DNA of 41,735 nucleotides from Folioceros fuciformis (taxonomy: Eukaryota), in assembly GCA_049999805.1 (NCBI GenBank), contig JBNGIO010006246.1, forward strand, positions 1 through 41,735. Reading direction: 5' to 3'. Under the pieces are notes generated by a model. It was given only the letters and a program-made list of their open reading frames with translations. It had not been told where the DNA came from and searched no databases. The translations under genes and the position numbers were made by a program. This document shows, in pieces, positions 1 to 12,254 of this stretch. Position 1 is the stretch's first letter; each line of letters starts with the position of its first letter.

Positions 1-47
1 CAGCACAGCACAGCACAGCACAATCGCACAGCACAGCACAGCACAGC
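1..47. repeat. (CAGCA)n pentanucleotide microsatellite
   Basis: Direct reading: about 9 CAGCA units with one interruption at the window start. Confidence 0.9.
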
Positions 48-1318
48 GGGCAGCCAGGCCAGGGAATGTTTTGTATTGTACTGTTTGTTGTTTGCAGATA
101 GGCAGCCGCAAAGAGCAGCAGCAGACAAAAGGGAAGCAGCAGAAGAAGAAGAAGGCGATGTTTAAAAGAATATTTGTACAGAAGAGGGTCGGGGTCGGGA
201 GTCGGGGTCCGGGCCCAGACCGGGGCCGGGCCGGACCAGGTGCGGGCCTAGCCTAGGCTCGGTCGGGGCCGAATCGGGCCGTCTTGCTCCGCCATTCACG
301 GCGGATGGAAGCGCAGGGAGCGGCAGGGAATGGAGGAAAAGAAGGTGCTGACAGACGGGGCGGGCTGCGGCAAGGGCAAGGCAGCGACAGGCGAATCCAT
401 GCTCAAGATCTCCTATTCCTGCGCTTTTTCGTCTCAAGCAGCACGCCCTTCCTGCAGGCTGCTCTTTCTTTTCTCGAGACGCGAGGCAGCGGAGCCGCGC
501 AGGCGCAGCTGGCGGAGCGACTGCTGCTGCTGCTGCAGCGGCTGCGGCCACGCCAGGACCAGGGTACCTCATTGGCTGTGCTGGATAATCTAGAATACTG
601 CAATGAATTGCATTGCCTGTCGCCTCGATCGGCGAGCTCTTTGCCTGAGCCTGCGCCTGCGCTTGCTCCTGCTGCGACTGAGCCCGCTTCCCAGGCCCGC
701 CCCGCCCCGCCCCTGCCATGGCCTGGCCTCGATCTAGCAGTCCATAGTGGCAACGGTGATGAGTAAGATTCTCGTGGCGCCTCCGCCTCCTGCTGCTGCT
801 CCTGCTCCTGCTCCTGCTCCAGGCCACGTACCGCCCCGAGGCTGGCTGGCATTGCTCTTTTTACTATCCTCGCATTCTACTCCTCCTCCTGCTTGCTTGC
901 TCCCTGCGTTGGCCATGGCCGCTCCCTCCGCCTTTCCCTTTCCAGCTGCGAGCGAGCACAACGATGGCCGTTGTCGGCCATGGCCTCCGTTCCGTTGCCA
1001 GACATGCATGTGGCCCGGGCCGGCCCGGCCCGGCCCGGCACGTGCTACCGAGCTACTACTGGTCGGCCACCTGGATCCTTTAAAACACGGACCACGCAGT
1101 AGCACTTACAAGTAGAGTAGATAGATGCATAACATGTATGGAAAGCATTCAACACACAATGGAGAACCATATGGGAGCCAGGTGAATCACTGTGTGCCAG
1201 GATGCATGACATGCTCTGTCCTCCGCCTTCACCAAACGGAGCAGATCGACAAGAGATGCAACAGACGACACAAGAACGGGACGTAGGAACAAGACGCCTC
1301 CTAAGGCATTTGCCTTCC

Positions 1319-4300
1319 TCATTTCATAACGTTTCCGACATTGGGTGGTCCCGGATGTCCGGGGTGTTGAAGTAGGGGAGTAGGGCCGGGGCCGACTCCC
1401 AAGCTGGGATTCGGTACAAAAGGGGCAACACTGGAGGGGTGACCACCGGGCTTGAATGAGAAACCCTGGGTAGGCCTAGGGATGCCCGATGTACCTGGGA
1501 CGGCGGTTGCTAGTCCAGGAGTAGCTGACAGCGTGGAGGATGGTGGTACAGTCAGGCCTGCCGGTTTCGACAGGGGGAAGAGGCTGGAGATGGATGTAGA
1601 TTGCGCCTGACTCGGAGGATTCAGCCTCGACGTTATGAGTCGTTGCCGCTCCGCAACGTACTTCTGCCTGGAACGGTCCACTTGCTCGCATTCTTTGGCG
1701 AGCATCACCTCCAGCTCGCTGAAGTGTTTCAACTTTATTTCCAGTTTCCTTAGCTGCATACACCGCTCCCACTGTGTCAGTTGTGGGCCGCCCCAGAAAC
1801 GCTGCAGTTGCGCACGGACTTTCACTGTTACTAACTTTTCCAACATTTATTTACGCACCTGGTTTTCGATCACGATGCCCACGAGGTGCTGGATCTCCCG
1901 CTCCTCCTGGTCTGCTAAAAGCTTGGATTTTACCGCAGCGGCAGCCAGAGCAGAAGCCGCGGCTCGTTTCACACTCACCACAGATACAACGTCTTCATTC
2001 TCCACTACGGCGGCAGAGTCATCTTCTCCATCCGCTTGATCTTCCTCCCGCTTTGCTGTGAAGATATAAAGACAGATTAACCGCTGCCAAGATATAAATA
2101 AAGACAGATTAACCTCCGCTATGGAATCTACGAGGAGGCACCCGGACGTGGTGAATTCTGTCAGGCAGTGTACCTGCATCCTCTTCTGGCTCTTGAGAAT
2201 CCACGTTTTTCGATGCTCCCCCAACCTCCTTTCCAGATTCAACCACCACGTCTGCAGCATGATGATCTTTGGATTCTGGAGTCACATCCTGCTGGGATGC
2301 TTCCTTCAAGGCTTCAACATGAGGATCATTATCTGCCGCTGCCTGGGATGTCCCCTCTTTATCAGCGAACTCTACTCCAGCGCCTTTGATTGCTTTATGG
2401 TCGGCCGATCTATGACAAGCAGGACATAACTAGTGTAACGCTTCTTGCAAATCGTACAAAAGGCTTGCAGCAGCTGGTGTCACAACATGGGCTAGGGCAC
2501 ACCTTGACGGATCGGGGCCAGGCTTTGACCAATCAAAGTCAGGTGGATCCATGACAAAGCAATTCCTTCCTGCAAGACTGTGAGCGGGGTTTTTGCCTGA
2601 CAGCACCATTAGAGCAGACTGTGCAGCTGCAGCAGCCACCCGGGGGCCAACCATAGCCGCAAGGAATGCAACCTGACCACACAAAAATGAAAAATCATAT
2701 GAGGCTGGTTCAGCTACAAAACTAGTCCGAGGACAAATACCGAGTCCTCGAACTGCATAAAAACATGAGTGTCGGAGCGAACCTGTGTCATAACAGGATT
2801 TCCAGCATCTGCGAAGGCAATGACGTCTTCAGCTTTAGATTCTGCATTACTCATAGGCCTTCCAGTCCTAGAACTCCCAGACTCTTTAGATCTTTGTCCA
2901 CTGTCCGTCAGAGCAGAACCTTCCGTGTCTTTCCTTGATGCGCTTGCAGGAGTACTTGCACAATCCGCTGCCGTATCCTTGTCAGTCAATAGTTTTGTGT
3001 TTCTGGAGTCAGATGACAACCTAGATGCAGGAGGAGCAGATGTCACATATCCTGCAGTCTCCATGTCTTCTAGAAAAGGGTCCTCAATAGGCAGCCGTAT
3101 GAAGTGTAGGATACACTGGGACTTGGATTTTGTTGCCACGTGCTCTGCTATTTCACTCCAGTTGTCGCCAAAAAGCTCCAAAGCCTCCAGTAACAGGAGG
3201 GTTTCTTGATCAGTCCAACCACCACCATCGGAATCTGCCGTGTCAGTCAGCGCATCCATTCTGATGAAATCTGTCGATGTCATTCCTTCACCAAACTTGC
3301 CATCGTTATAGCAATCGGGACAGAGGTCGAAATCTGCCTGTCGCATCCCACAGACAGGTTATGCAAGCACCGACATACATATGAGATACTCACAATCAAA
3401 GCAATAAACCGCACAAATGACAAGCAAACGACAGTACCTGCTTCTGGCAGTGGTAGCGATGCTTTGAGCAGTCTGCCGCACATGCATTACAATGATATTC
3501 TACTGAAGGTCCGTCTGAGAAGGACAGAGCCTCAGCAGCCTTGGTCTCCAGCAACGAAGCACCAGACTCTCTACGTTCCTGAGATGGTGCGGGCTTTGAC
3601 ACAGGTTCACCTACTGAATCAAATGCGTACAAGCTCTGCAGTGGAGGCTCTGTGAGAGGAGTTGCCTGTAACTTCCTATCCGGAGCTTCCTCAATAAGAG
3701 CTGCCTGCCCTAACCAATCTGGCAGATGTTTGTTCGGATCCAGGGCAGCCTGATAGTTGATAATTCCCCAATGATCCAGGAACTCCAAAATTCTGGCGGC
3801 AGCATTCCCATCGCCAACAAGCACATCCTTCATATCCTCAATTGTGATAACCTTGGGGAGATTCTCCCTATATTTACAAATAATAGCATTCCGATGCTCC
3901 AGATAAATCTCTGGAGTCTTCAGTTTGGACTTCCCATCGAAAAATTCTGGAAGTCCTCGCCGCTCCAGAACATTTACACTGTTCCATGAAAACCAGCCTG
4001 CGGCATAAAATAGAAAATAGAGGGCAATTAAGGCAAGGACACAACACACTCAAACTTGAGCTCGACAAAGCCCTTGAAGGAAGGGAACTCCACTCATCAA
4101 CGGTTTCACCTGCATGGCAAGGAATGAGGTGGACCCTATCAGCTGGTGTTTCCGTAGACGACACTTTCGGCCGAGGAGACGACAGGGACAATGTTGCATC
4201 CGACTGCTCGGGACGAACTCCGCCAGGCAGATCGGACGGGACCAGCTGACCGTGAGATAAGTTCTCTAAGCTGGAAATAGGAGCCTTGCTTTCCAGCTCC

Positions 4301-4551
4301 CGCTCCTCACCCGTTTCCACGGCACGCTCGGCCTGCACAACAGCAAGGACCGAGGAATGCGGCAGCCCCAAATGCTGCTTGATCACCCGAGGTTCATGCG
4401 CCACCACCTCTGCTCGATCCGGGAAAACCTCCAACGGCTCACCATTGGCTCCCAAAGGAGGTGGGGTGTCCTCCCTGTTGAGCTTTTTGCTAGGTGGCTC
4501 TTCTGGAAGCGGGGGGGAGGCCCGCTTCCGCTTGGACATTCCCATGCTCAT
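1319..4551 (-). CDS. SWI3: SWI/SNF complex subunit SWI3 (SWI3C/D type; SWIRM, ZZ finger, SANT, C-terminal coiled coil), multi-exon
   Basis: Minus-strand ORF pieces: SWIRM ([34 protein letters not shown]), ZZ finger ([31 protein letters not shown]), SANT ([39 protein letters not shown]), [26 protein letters not shown], and [23 protein letters not shown]. Pieces are separated by GT-AG introns. The start ATG at 4551 ([10 protein letters not shown]) is tentative. Confidence 0.92.
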
Positions 4552-4859
4552 CTGGAACACCCCTGCTGCATCTGCAACGCCGTCCTGGGAAACCCTGCTC
4601 AGGCTACCCTGCAATTTCCACAGCTACTCACGCCACCTGACTGGCACACACTTGATTTCACCACCATCCCGCGAGCTCGACATCCGAAACCTAGAGTCCT
4701 GGAACGAATGTGGCCTAACGTACTGTTATTATTTGCCAGCATGAGACACAAGTGATAAAAGGGGCGACGCCAAATTCCGAGATCGGGGTGGAGCAAGATG
4801 TACGTAGCTAGACTCTTACTACTTAGGTGCTCCGAGATACGTACTTGGATCGATCAATT

Positions 4860-5533
4860 CTCGCCGTCCCAAAATTCCTTGGGAAGTGGTGCTTTTCAAT
4901 TTTCATACGGAATAAAAATATTTAATATAAAAATACCCAATTGAGTAATGGCATAAGTGAAATAAGGTGAAAGTTAAAAGTAGAAAGGTGAAAGCTAAAT
5001 CTAGAGCTGTCTTGATGAAGAAGCAAGTATGCTTCTTACTGCCTTTGGAAACAAATTGTGTGTTCCAGGCAAAACCTCCTAAGAAGGATGGAGTTGTAAT
5101 GACCACTAGTATTCTAGGATGAGTGGTGTGTATCATTCCCAGTTTTAGCAGTGGCTTAGCTGTGGAGTATAAATAGGCCAGTGTTAAGGTCTTAAGGATA
5201 CGGTGATACACTGATACACAAAGAGGCAGATAGTGAGAAGTCTAGCCTGGAGGCATAGCTTTGGAGGGCTTGAAGAGCAAGCTTGTTAGATAGAGTCGAG
5301 GGCAGTAGCCAGTGGGGCGTAGATCGCCAGACTCTTTTGTAAGTAACTGGAATAAAGAGCAGCACCTAGAGGAGGTGGTCTGCGAGTCGTCAGTGGACGG
5401 CGGGCTACTTGGAGCCTAGTGCTGAGTCGTGTGAGAGGGAGTGAGTGAATTGCAAGTGGAGCGCTGCGGAGTGTTTAGACGAGATTCGAGGCCGTTGCTT
5501 CCTTTTACGCTGCGTAAGGAAGGGGGGCGTTAC
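4860..5533 (+). mobile_element. Possible degenerate solo LTR
   Basis: Non-coding stretch with TATAAATA (~5168) and AATAAAG (~5351), ending in GGGGGCGTTAC, which resembles GGGGYGTTACA LTR termini. No clean TG..CA ends or target-site duplication seen. Confidence 0.3.
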
Positions 5534-5679
5534 TAATTGTGTTGTTAACCATTTCAGCCACACTTAGTACTAAATGAGGTGTATTTATATATTTTATTTG
5601 AAAGAGCCAGGATAGGCATCAATCTATCTAGGCCAAAAAAAAAAAACTTGCACCCAGATCGAGATCAGCACCTAAGTAT

Positions 5680-6030
5680 CTACAACCCCTAATATGTCAT
5701 AGTTGAATACAATCAAGCCCAAGAACCCCTAAGATGTCATGGTTGGATGTAGCAAAGCCATGTAATCTCTAAGATGTCATGGTTGGATGTAGCGAAGCCA
5801 TGTAATCTCTAAGATGTCATGGTTGGATGTAAGGGAGCCATGTAACCTCTAAGATGTCATGGTTGGATGTAATGAAGGTGCATAAGTATCTACAATCCCT
5901 AAGAGGTCATGGTTGGATATAATGAAGGCACATAACTATTTACAACCGCTAAGATGTCATGCCTGGATACAATAAAGCCCCGTAAGCATCTATAGCCCTT
6001 GAGATGTCATGACATAGTTGGATATAGGTT
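5680..6030. repeat. Minisatellite with core TAAGATGTCATGGTTGGAT, 8 copies, period 40 bp then 50 bp
   Basis: Core copies start at about 5690, 5730, 5770, 5810, 5850, 5900, 5950 and 6000. Confidence 0.9.
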
Positions 6031-7126
6031 AGATGTCATCTTTCTACACCACCTTGGTGACGAAAGAGCTAGCTAGTCATGAATAATTAACTAAGCCCAG
6101 CAACACAAAAGAGGATAGGAATGGAAGTCGCAAGCAACCAACATGACCAACTGGACAGTGGAGGTGCTAGAATTTATGTGTTTTGCAGGGAAACTCACCT
6201 CTAAGGACTTCCATGATTTTTGCTATTGGGTTGCGAAGCCCAACATCCAATTGCAATGGGATTATGGCCACAAATGGGCACACTCCAATTGGTAGCTACA
6301 GCTATCAACATTTGAGTTGGAGAGGCTACATGTGCGTAGAGTTTGAAGCGACCCCCACAACTAGATAATGCAATAGGTGCGACAAGTGTACGAGAGGCTA
6401 GAATAGAAGTAGGATGGGGTTGTGTCATGGAGAAAACAAGCGAGGGGAAGCATGTTGCCAACCTAAGGTCACCAGAGAGATGGAGAGGGGTCTCAACACA
6501 AGAACACATTGCGCAATGGTTGGAAGATTGAGCTAATTATCGATCCCAAGTGGAGGCTCTTCACTCACATAGTCCTCGGCCTCATTTGTTGCCAAAGGAC
6601 TTTCTACTATAGTACTGCTTTCTTGTACTTCGTATAACGCTTGCAACAAGGGACCACTCCTAATTGGGGGTTAGTCATGTTTCAAGCCTATGTGCACCAC
6701 AAGGATAAATAGCTCAAGCCCAACATCATGAACAACAAAAATTGAGAGGCACAACTTATACCTTAGTGCCTATTTGGTACACCTCTAGTCTACCCATAGC
6801 CTTCTCACTCCGGATGACTTCTTGAAATCCACGCAATCCTTCAAGGTGTTTTATTTGGGGATAGCCAAACAAGATCCTATCAAGCTTCCAACTAGATCCA
6901 ATGTGAAAGAGGAAGAGATGGCCCAATTAGAAGAGCTCATTTTGGTTGTAGTATCCTGGGAAAGCATGAGCTTCTTATTGAAAGTCTCATCTTTGATGGC
7001 CATGACCCAAAAACCAAAGGCAAGGACCCTCTCTTATAAATATTGCTTTGAAGACACTATTTTATACAATAATAATAACATTAAATATTTAAGGTTTAAT
7101 ACATAATTATTTAATTTTATAAAAGA

Positions 7127-7151
7127 TATATATATATATATATATATATAA
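7127..7151. repeat. (TA)n microsatellite
   Basis: Direct reading. Confidence 0.9.
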
Positions 7152-7801
7152 TATTTTAATGGTATAGTCCTAATTTATAATACCTTCTCTTAACCTACAC
7201 ATAAAATGTAACTTTTTTATGGTAATTTTTTCTTATTTATTTTAAGATTTTGGTCACTTCCCCTATTGTATCTTTTTAGCATATTTCTCCTAGAAACCAA
7301 TTTAGTATGCATGGGAGTTAGGCAATGTGAACTTATGCTAAGTTATAGTGTGACCATATCAAAGAGAAATTTGTTTCAATATATGTATATGTGCATTGTC
7401 ACATCACCCGGAGTAATTGCCTTAAGAATACGGTTGCTCCTTTTACCCATGCATTTAATATTAATAAAATTAATAGTTACTATCAGATCTATTAGTAAAG
7501 AAAGCTTTTCTTGCAAGCTTAGACGGAGCAAGCGAAAGGCTAGACCAAGCTCAAGCAAAACTTGTCTTAGTAGAAAAAGAGGATTGTGTGATTTGAAAAG
7601 CTTGGATGCTAGGCCAAGTACGAAAGCCATAAATTTGCTCCCATAGCCTTAACCTACCCTAGGCATGGAGGAATCCCGAAGGAGGCAAACTACGCCCATT
7701 GCTTGGCTTTGATAGATGCTTGAAGTCTATGAAAGTGAACTTTGAGGAGCTAAGTGAAGAGGAAATAAAGGCCTTAGTCTTTGCAAATAGAGAATCTCTT
7801 G

Positions 7802-7995
7802 CCAACCAAGGGACGTTTGCAAGGAGAACGTGGTGCCCTCTTCAATCCTTGTGACAAAGGACTCAAAAAAGCAAGATTCTCAAACTGGGGATCTCTCACC
7901 AACCAAGGGACACGCGCAAGGAAAAGGTGGTGTCCTCTTTAATGGATGTGACCAAGGACTTTAAAATGTGAGACTGTGACAAAGGACTACTAAAT
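7802..7995. repeat. Imperfect ~97-bp tandem duplication
   Basis: CCAACCAAGGGAC...GTGGTG..CTCTT..AAT...TGTGAC.AAGGACT occurs at ~7802 and ~7899, with a further TGTGACAAAGGACT at ~7975. Confidence 0.7.
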
Positions 7996-8494
7996 GCAAA
8001 ACTCCTTAATGATGGATTGTGAAACTAGAAGGGAAGTTGGGAGGGCCTAACTCTTTATGAACACTGAGGCCTCTCTGACCAAGAGATCAATACCACCTAA
8101 CGAATTGGGACGGGGCACTTGTCACCTAATGGTTGGCAATGAAGTCCAACGTGCTCGACCGAATAACATAGGAATGAACAATGTCGACTAGCACCAACTG
8201 AACTTGTCGATGAAGGACAAGAATGCCAGGAGGGCGGGAACATTCACAAAGAGGTAGTCTGGCCAGTATGCAAAAGTAAGTTAGATAAGCAAGCTTTCCC
8301 ATCTTTTATGTCCTGTGGAAAGAACGGTGATCAGTTGCCGAGAGTGTGCTATCGACGCCGGACAACTGGCCTTGTGAACCGGGTTTTAAGCCTTTTACGA
8401 CTACATACTCGCTGAGGTACCTGCCCATGTCATTCCTGTGCAATTGAATAATCAATTCATACCTATCTAGTTTGTACAAAAATGTTTATACTTT

Positions 8495-11400
8495 TCAATT
8501 CTTTTCCACAGGAAGCTGTTTCAGCCTTGCATAGATACTTTCACTCTCAGGATACCTGTTGTCCCCAACCAAAAAACTGTGCACCATTCCTTCCATGTCC
8601 GTCCACCAGCTCTGGCCGGGCTGCTTCCATGCCCCAACGTCTTTTCTCTTAGCTTGCATCTTTCGCGCGAGCTCCCACATCTGCGCGCCTGCATATATGT
8701 TGGACATCAGCACATATGCAGCAGCATCTTTCCCGTCTAGCTTCGTCGCTTCCTCAAATGCATATCGTCCAACATCCACGTTGGCCCACTTCGAACAAGC
8801 ACCCAACAGGGAGTGCCAGAGTGCAGCGTCAGCCAGCACTGGCATTGTCCTTACCAGACCTAGGGCCTCGTCCAGTTGGCCTGCACGTCCCAGGAGATCC
8901 ACCATGCATATATAGTGCTCTACAGAGGGAGTAATGCTGTAGCGTCTGCTCATAGCCTCAAAGTATCTTCGTCCCGTGTTCACTAGACCTGAATGACTGC
9001 ACGCTGTCAGTACGCTTAGGAATGTGACGCCCTCTGGCTGCATGCCATCCAGTCTCATTTTGTGAAACAAGTGCAAGACCACTTCACTTTCACCCTGCCG
9101 GGCATAGCCTGCAATCAGTGCGTTCCAGCTAGTATTGTCTTTCTCAGGCAATGCTTCAAAGACAAGCTGTGCATCAACCGTGCTCCCAGACTTGGCGTAC
9201 ATGTTTATCAGACTGATAGCTACAAGCACATCAGTTTGAAGGCCTTGTTTTTCGATCTGCATGTGAAGTTGCCTTCCCATATGCAAAGCTGCCACATTAG
9301 CACAGGCCTGCAAGAGGCACACAAATGTCACAGAATTGGGTACAACAATGCCTTCTTCTTGCATAGCCCTGTAGAGGTCAAGCGCTTCCTGCCCCATGTC
9401 CTGATGGGAATACCCTGCAATCATGGAGTTCCAGACCACCACGTCTTTCTTAACGACCCCATAGAACACATCATATGCGTCTTCCAAGCTGCCACACTTG
9501 GCATACATGTTAACCAAACTGCTGGTTACAAACGCATCAGCTTCAAGCCCACGTTCTCTTATCTGGGCGTGAAGGTGCGTCCCTTTCTCCAGAGCCGGAG
9601 TGCCCACACCTGCGCATGCCTGCAAAAGGCACACAAAGGTCACCGAAATTGGTGCCACCGAGCCTTCTTCTTGCATTGCCCTGTGAAGAGAAAGAGCTTC
9701 CTGCCCCATTCCCTCCCGAGAGTAACCTCCTATCATGGCGTTCCATGTCAGCACACTTTTCCGACTTAGTCCGTCGAACACGAACCGGGCATCCTCTAGG
9801 CTGCCACACTCTGCGTACATCTTCACCAGACTGCTGGCAACAGCTTCATCAGCTTCAAGCCCTCGCTCTCTAATTTTCGCCTGAAATTGTTTCCCCTTCT
9901 CCAAAGCTGAGGAGGAGCCCACACTTGCACATGCCTGCAGGAGGCACGCAAATGTCACAGAATCCGGTGCAATGGTGGCTTCTTCCTCCATACTGCTGTA
10001 AATGCGAAGGGCTTCGTGGCCCAGGCCCTGCTGGGAATATCCTGCAATCAGAGTGGTCCATGTCAAACCATTCTTTTGAGCGAGCCCATCAAACACAAGC
10101 TGCGCGTCTTCTAGGCTGCCACACTTGACATACATGTTCAGCAGACTGCAACCTAGAACATCATCAGCATGAAGGCCTCGCTCTCCACTCTGTCTGTGCA
10201 GCTCTTTCCCGTGCTGTAGAGCTGGTGCGCCCACACATGCACACGCCTGCAGGAGAGAAGAAAATGTCATAGCATCGGGTACAACAAGTCCTTCGTCCAT
10301 CATAACACTAAAAAGATGAAGCGCTTCCTGACCCCTGCCCTGTTGGGAATATCCTGCTATCAAAGCCGTCCACGTAACCACATCTTTTCGACCAACTCCA
10401 TCAAACACTTTCTGAGCTTCTTCCAAGCTGCCACACTTCGCATACATGTCTATCAAACTGTTGGCTACAAATCCATCAGCTTGATGTCCTTGTTCCCTAA
10501 TTCGTCTGTGAAGCTGTTTTCCCTCCTCTAGAGCCGGGTTGCCAATACTTGCGCATGCCTGCAGGAGGCACACAAATGACAGAATCCGGAACCATGCCTT
10601 CAAGTTGCATGGCCTTGTAAAGATGAAGGGCTTTCTGCCCCATGCACTGCCTGGCATATCCTGCTATCAAGGCATTCCATGTCACCACATCTTTCTCACC
10701 AAGTCCATCAAAGAGTCTTTGAGCTTCTTCCAGCCTGCCACGCTTTGCATATTCTGCAATTACCGTTGTCCACGTAGCCATATTTTTACAAGGAAGTCCA
10801 TCAAAAACGCCCTGAGCATCCTCTAGGCTGCCACACTTTGCATACATGTTTACCAGACTACAACCAACAACATCATTCACCTCAAGGTTCTGTTCTCGCA
10901 CCTGTGCATGGAGCTGTGTCCCCTTCTCCAGTGCTGGGGTACCCACACTTCCACATGCCTGCAGTAGATGCACAAACATGATGGCATCTGCTACAACAAT
11001 GCCGTCTTCTAGCATAGCTATGTACAGATCTAGAGCTCCCTGACCCATCCCCTGCTGGGAGTACCCTGCTATCAGAGCTGTCCAAGTCACAACATCCTTC
11101 TGACCAAGTCCATTGAACACTTTTTGAGCGTCTATCAGGCTGCCACATTTTGCATACATATCTACCAAATTATTGGCTACAAAGACATCATTTTCTAGCC
11201 CACATTCTCCGATATGAGCATGAAGCTGTTTTCCCTTCTCCAAAGCAGGGCTACCCACACTTGCACATGCGTGCAGGAGGGACACAAAGGTCAGGGCATT
11301 TGGGACAGAAACATTTTCTTCTCGCATAGCTTTGAAAAGCTGAAGGGCTTCCTGACCCATTCCCTGCTGCGAATATCCATCTATCAAAACAGTCCACGTC

Positions 11401-12254
11401 ACCACATCCTTTTGCACAAGTCTGTCGAAGACTTGACGAGCACCTTCCAAGCTCCCACACTTTGCATACATGTTCACCAAACTGTTGGCTACACACATGT
11501 CAGCGTCAAGTCCTTGTTCTCTAATTCGTTCGTGGAGCCGTTTTCCCGTCTCCACACTCGGAGCACCCACATTTGCACATGCCTGCAGGAGGCACACAAA
11601 TGTCACAGAATCGGGCGCAATATTCCCTTCTTGTTGCATAGCACCATAAAGATGAAGAGCTTCCTGTCCCATGCCATGCTGGGCATACCCTGCTATCATG
11701 GTATTCCACGTGACCACGTCTTTAAGTACAATGGCGTCGAATATTTCGAGCGCGTCCGCCAGGCTGGAACACTTCGCATACATGTCCACCAAGCAATTAC
11801 TGACACACAAATGAGGCTCAACGCCACTGGCCAACACAGCAGCATGCACCTGCTGTCCAGTTTCCAAGTCTGCTGCCCTTGCACAAGCCTGCAGAACTGC
11901 CACAAAGACATGGCTGTCGGGTTTCACACTTGACCAGCGCATCCGATGATACAATTGTATGGCCTGCTTAGCTTGCCCGTGCTTAACATGTGCAGAGATC
12001 ATGGAAGACCACATGAAGGCATCTGGTACGGCAACCATGGTGAACACATCCATTGCTTCGTCCAACCTGCCATGAGAACCATACATTCGCACAAGATGGT
12101 TGCACAGGAACGTATCCGATTCATATCCCGTTTCCACAGACAGAGCATGCACACGCCGACCCAGCTCCAGATCCTTGTTAACCCCACACAGCTTGAGCGT
12201 CGCGTACAACAGAGATTGCGAGACACGACAGTCTGTCTGCACCAAAATTCCCAT
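8495..12254 (-). pseudogene. PLS-class PPR protein, ~33 P/L/S motifs + E1/E2 + truncated DYW (E+; PGQSWW box); frameshifted in this assembly
   Basis: Two overlapping ORFs (10497-12254 and 8495-10657) of P-L-S triplets. The junction reads GATTCTGT--CATTTGTGTGCC versus GATTCTGTGACATTTGTGTGCC in a sister repeat (11591-11612), i.e. a 2-nt deletion at 10578/10579. C-terminus: LLGAC..AAYVLMSNIYA..KQPGQSWWTDMEGMVHSFLVGD..IYARL then stop. It could be an intact gene with a sequence error. Confidence 0.85.

Larger units (their letters stand above)
6050..8250. mobile_element. Degenerate TE/repeat-derived intergenic block
   Basis: Lower GC, no spliceable gene, only short stop-riddled ORFs. An LDSG-like motif (CTGGACAGTGGA, ~6151) is reminiscent of a retroelement protease site. 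Contains internal duplications. Family not identifiable. Confidence 0.3.

Noticed and set aside
71-1115. Several overlapping ORFs of 60-220 aa on both strands
   Set aside because: GC-rich low-complexity sequence with no recognisable domain; I cannot choose a frame. I also saw no match to the conserved miRNAs I checked by eye.
4820-5678. 12-bp inverted repeat TACTTAGGTGCT / AGCACCTAAGTA as possible TIRs
   Set aside because: It does not extend, no target-site duplication is seen, and the right copy is part of the minisatellite unit.
5680-6030. CRISPR-like appearance (constant core with variable intervening sequence)
   Set aside because: The intervening sequences are related to each other, there are no cas genes, and the context is a eukaryotic nuclear genome; it is a minisatellite.
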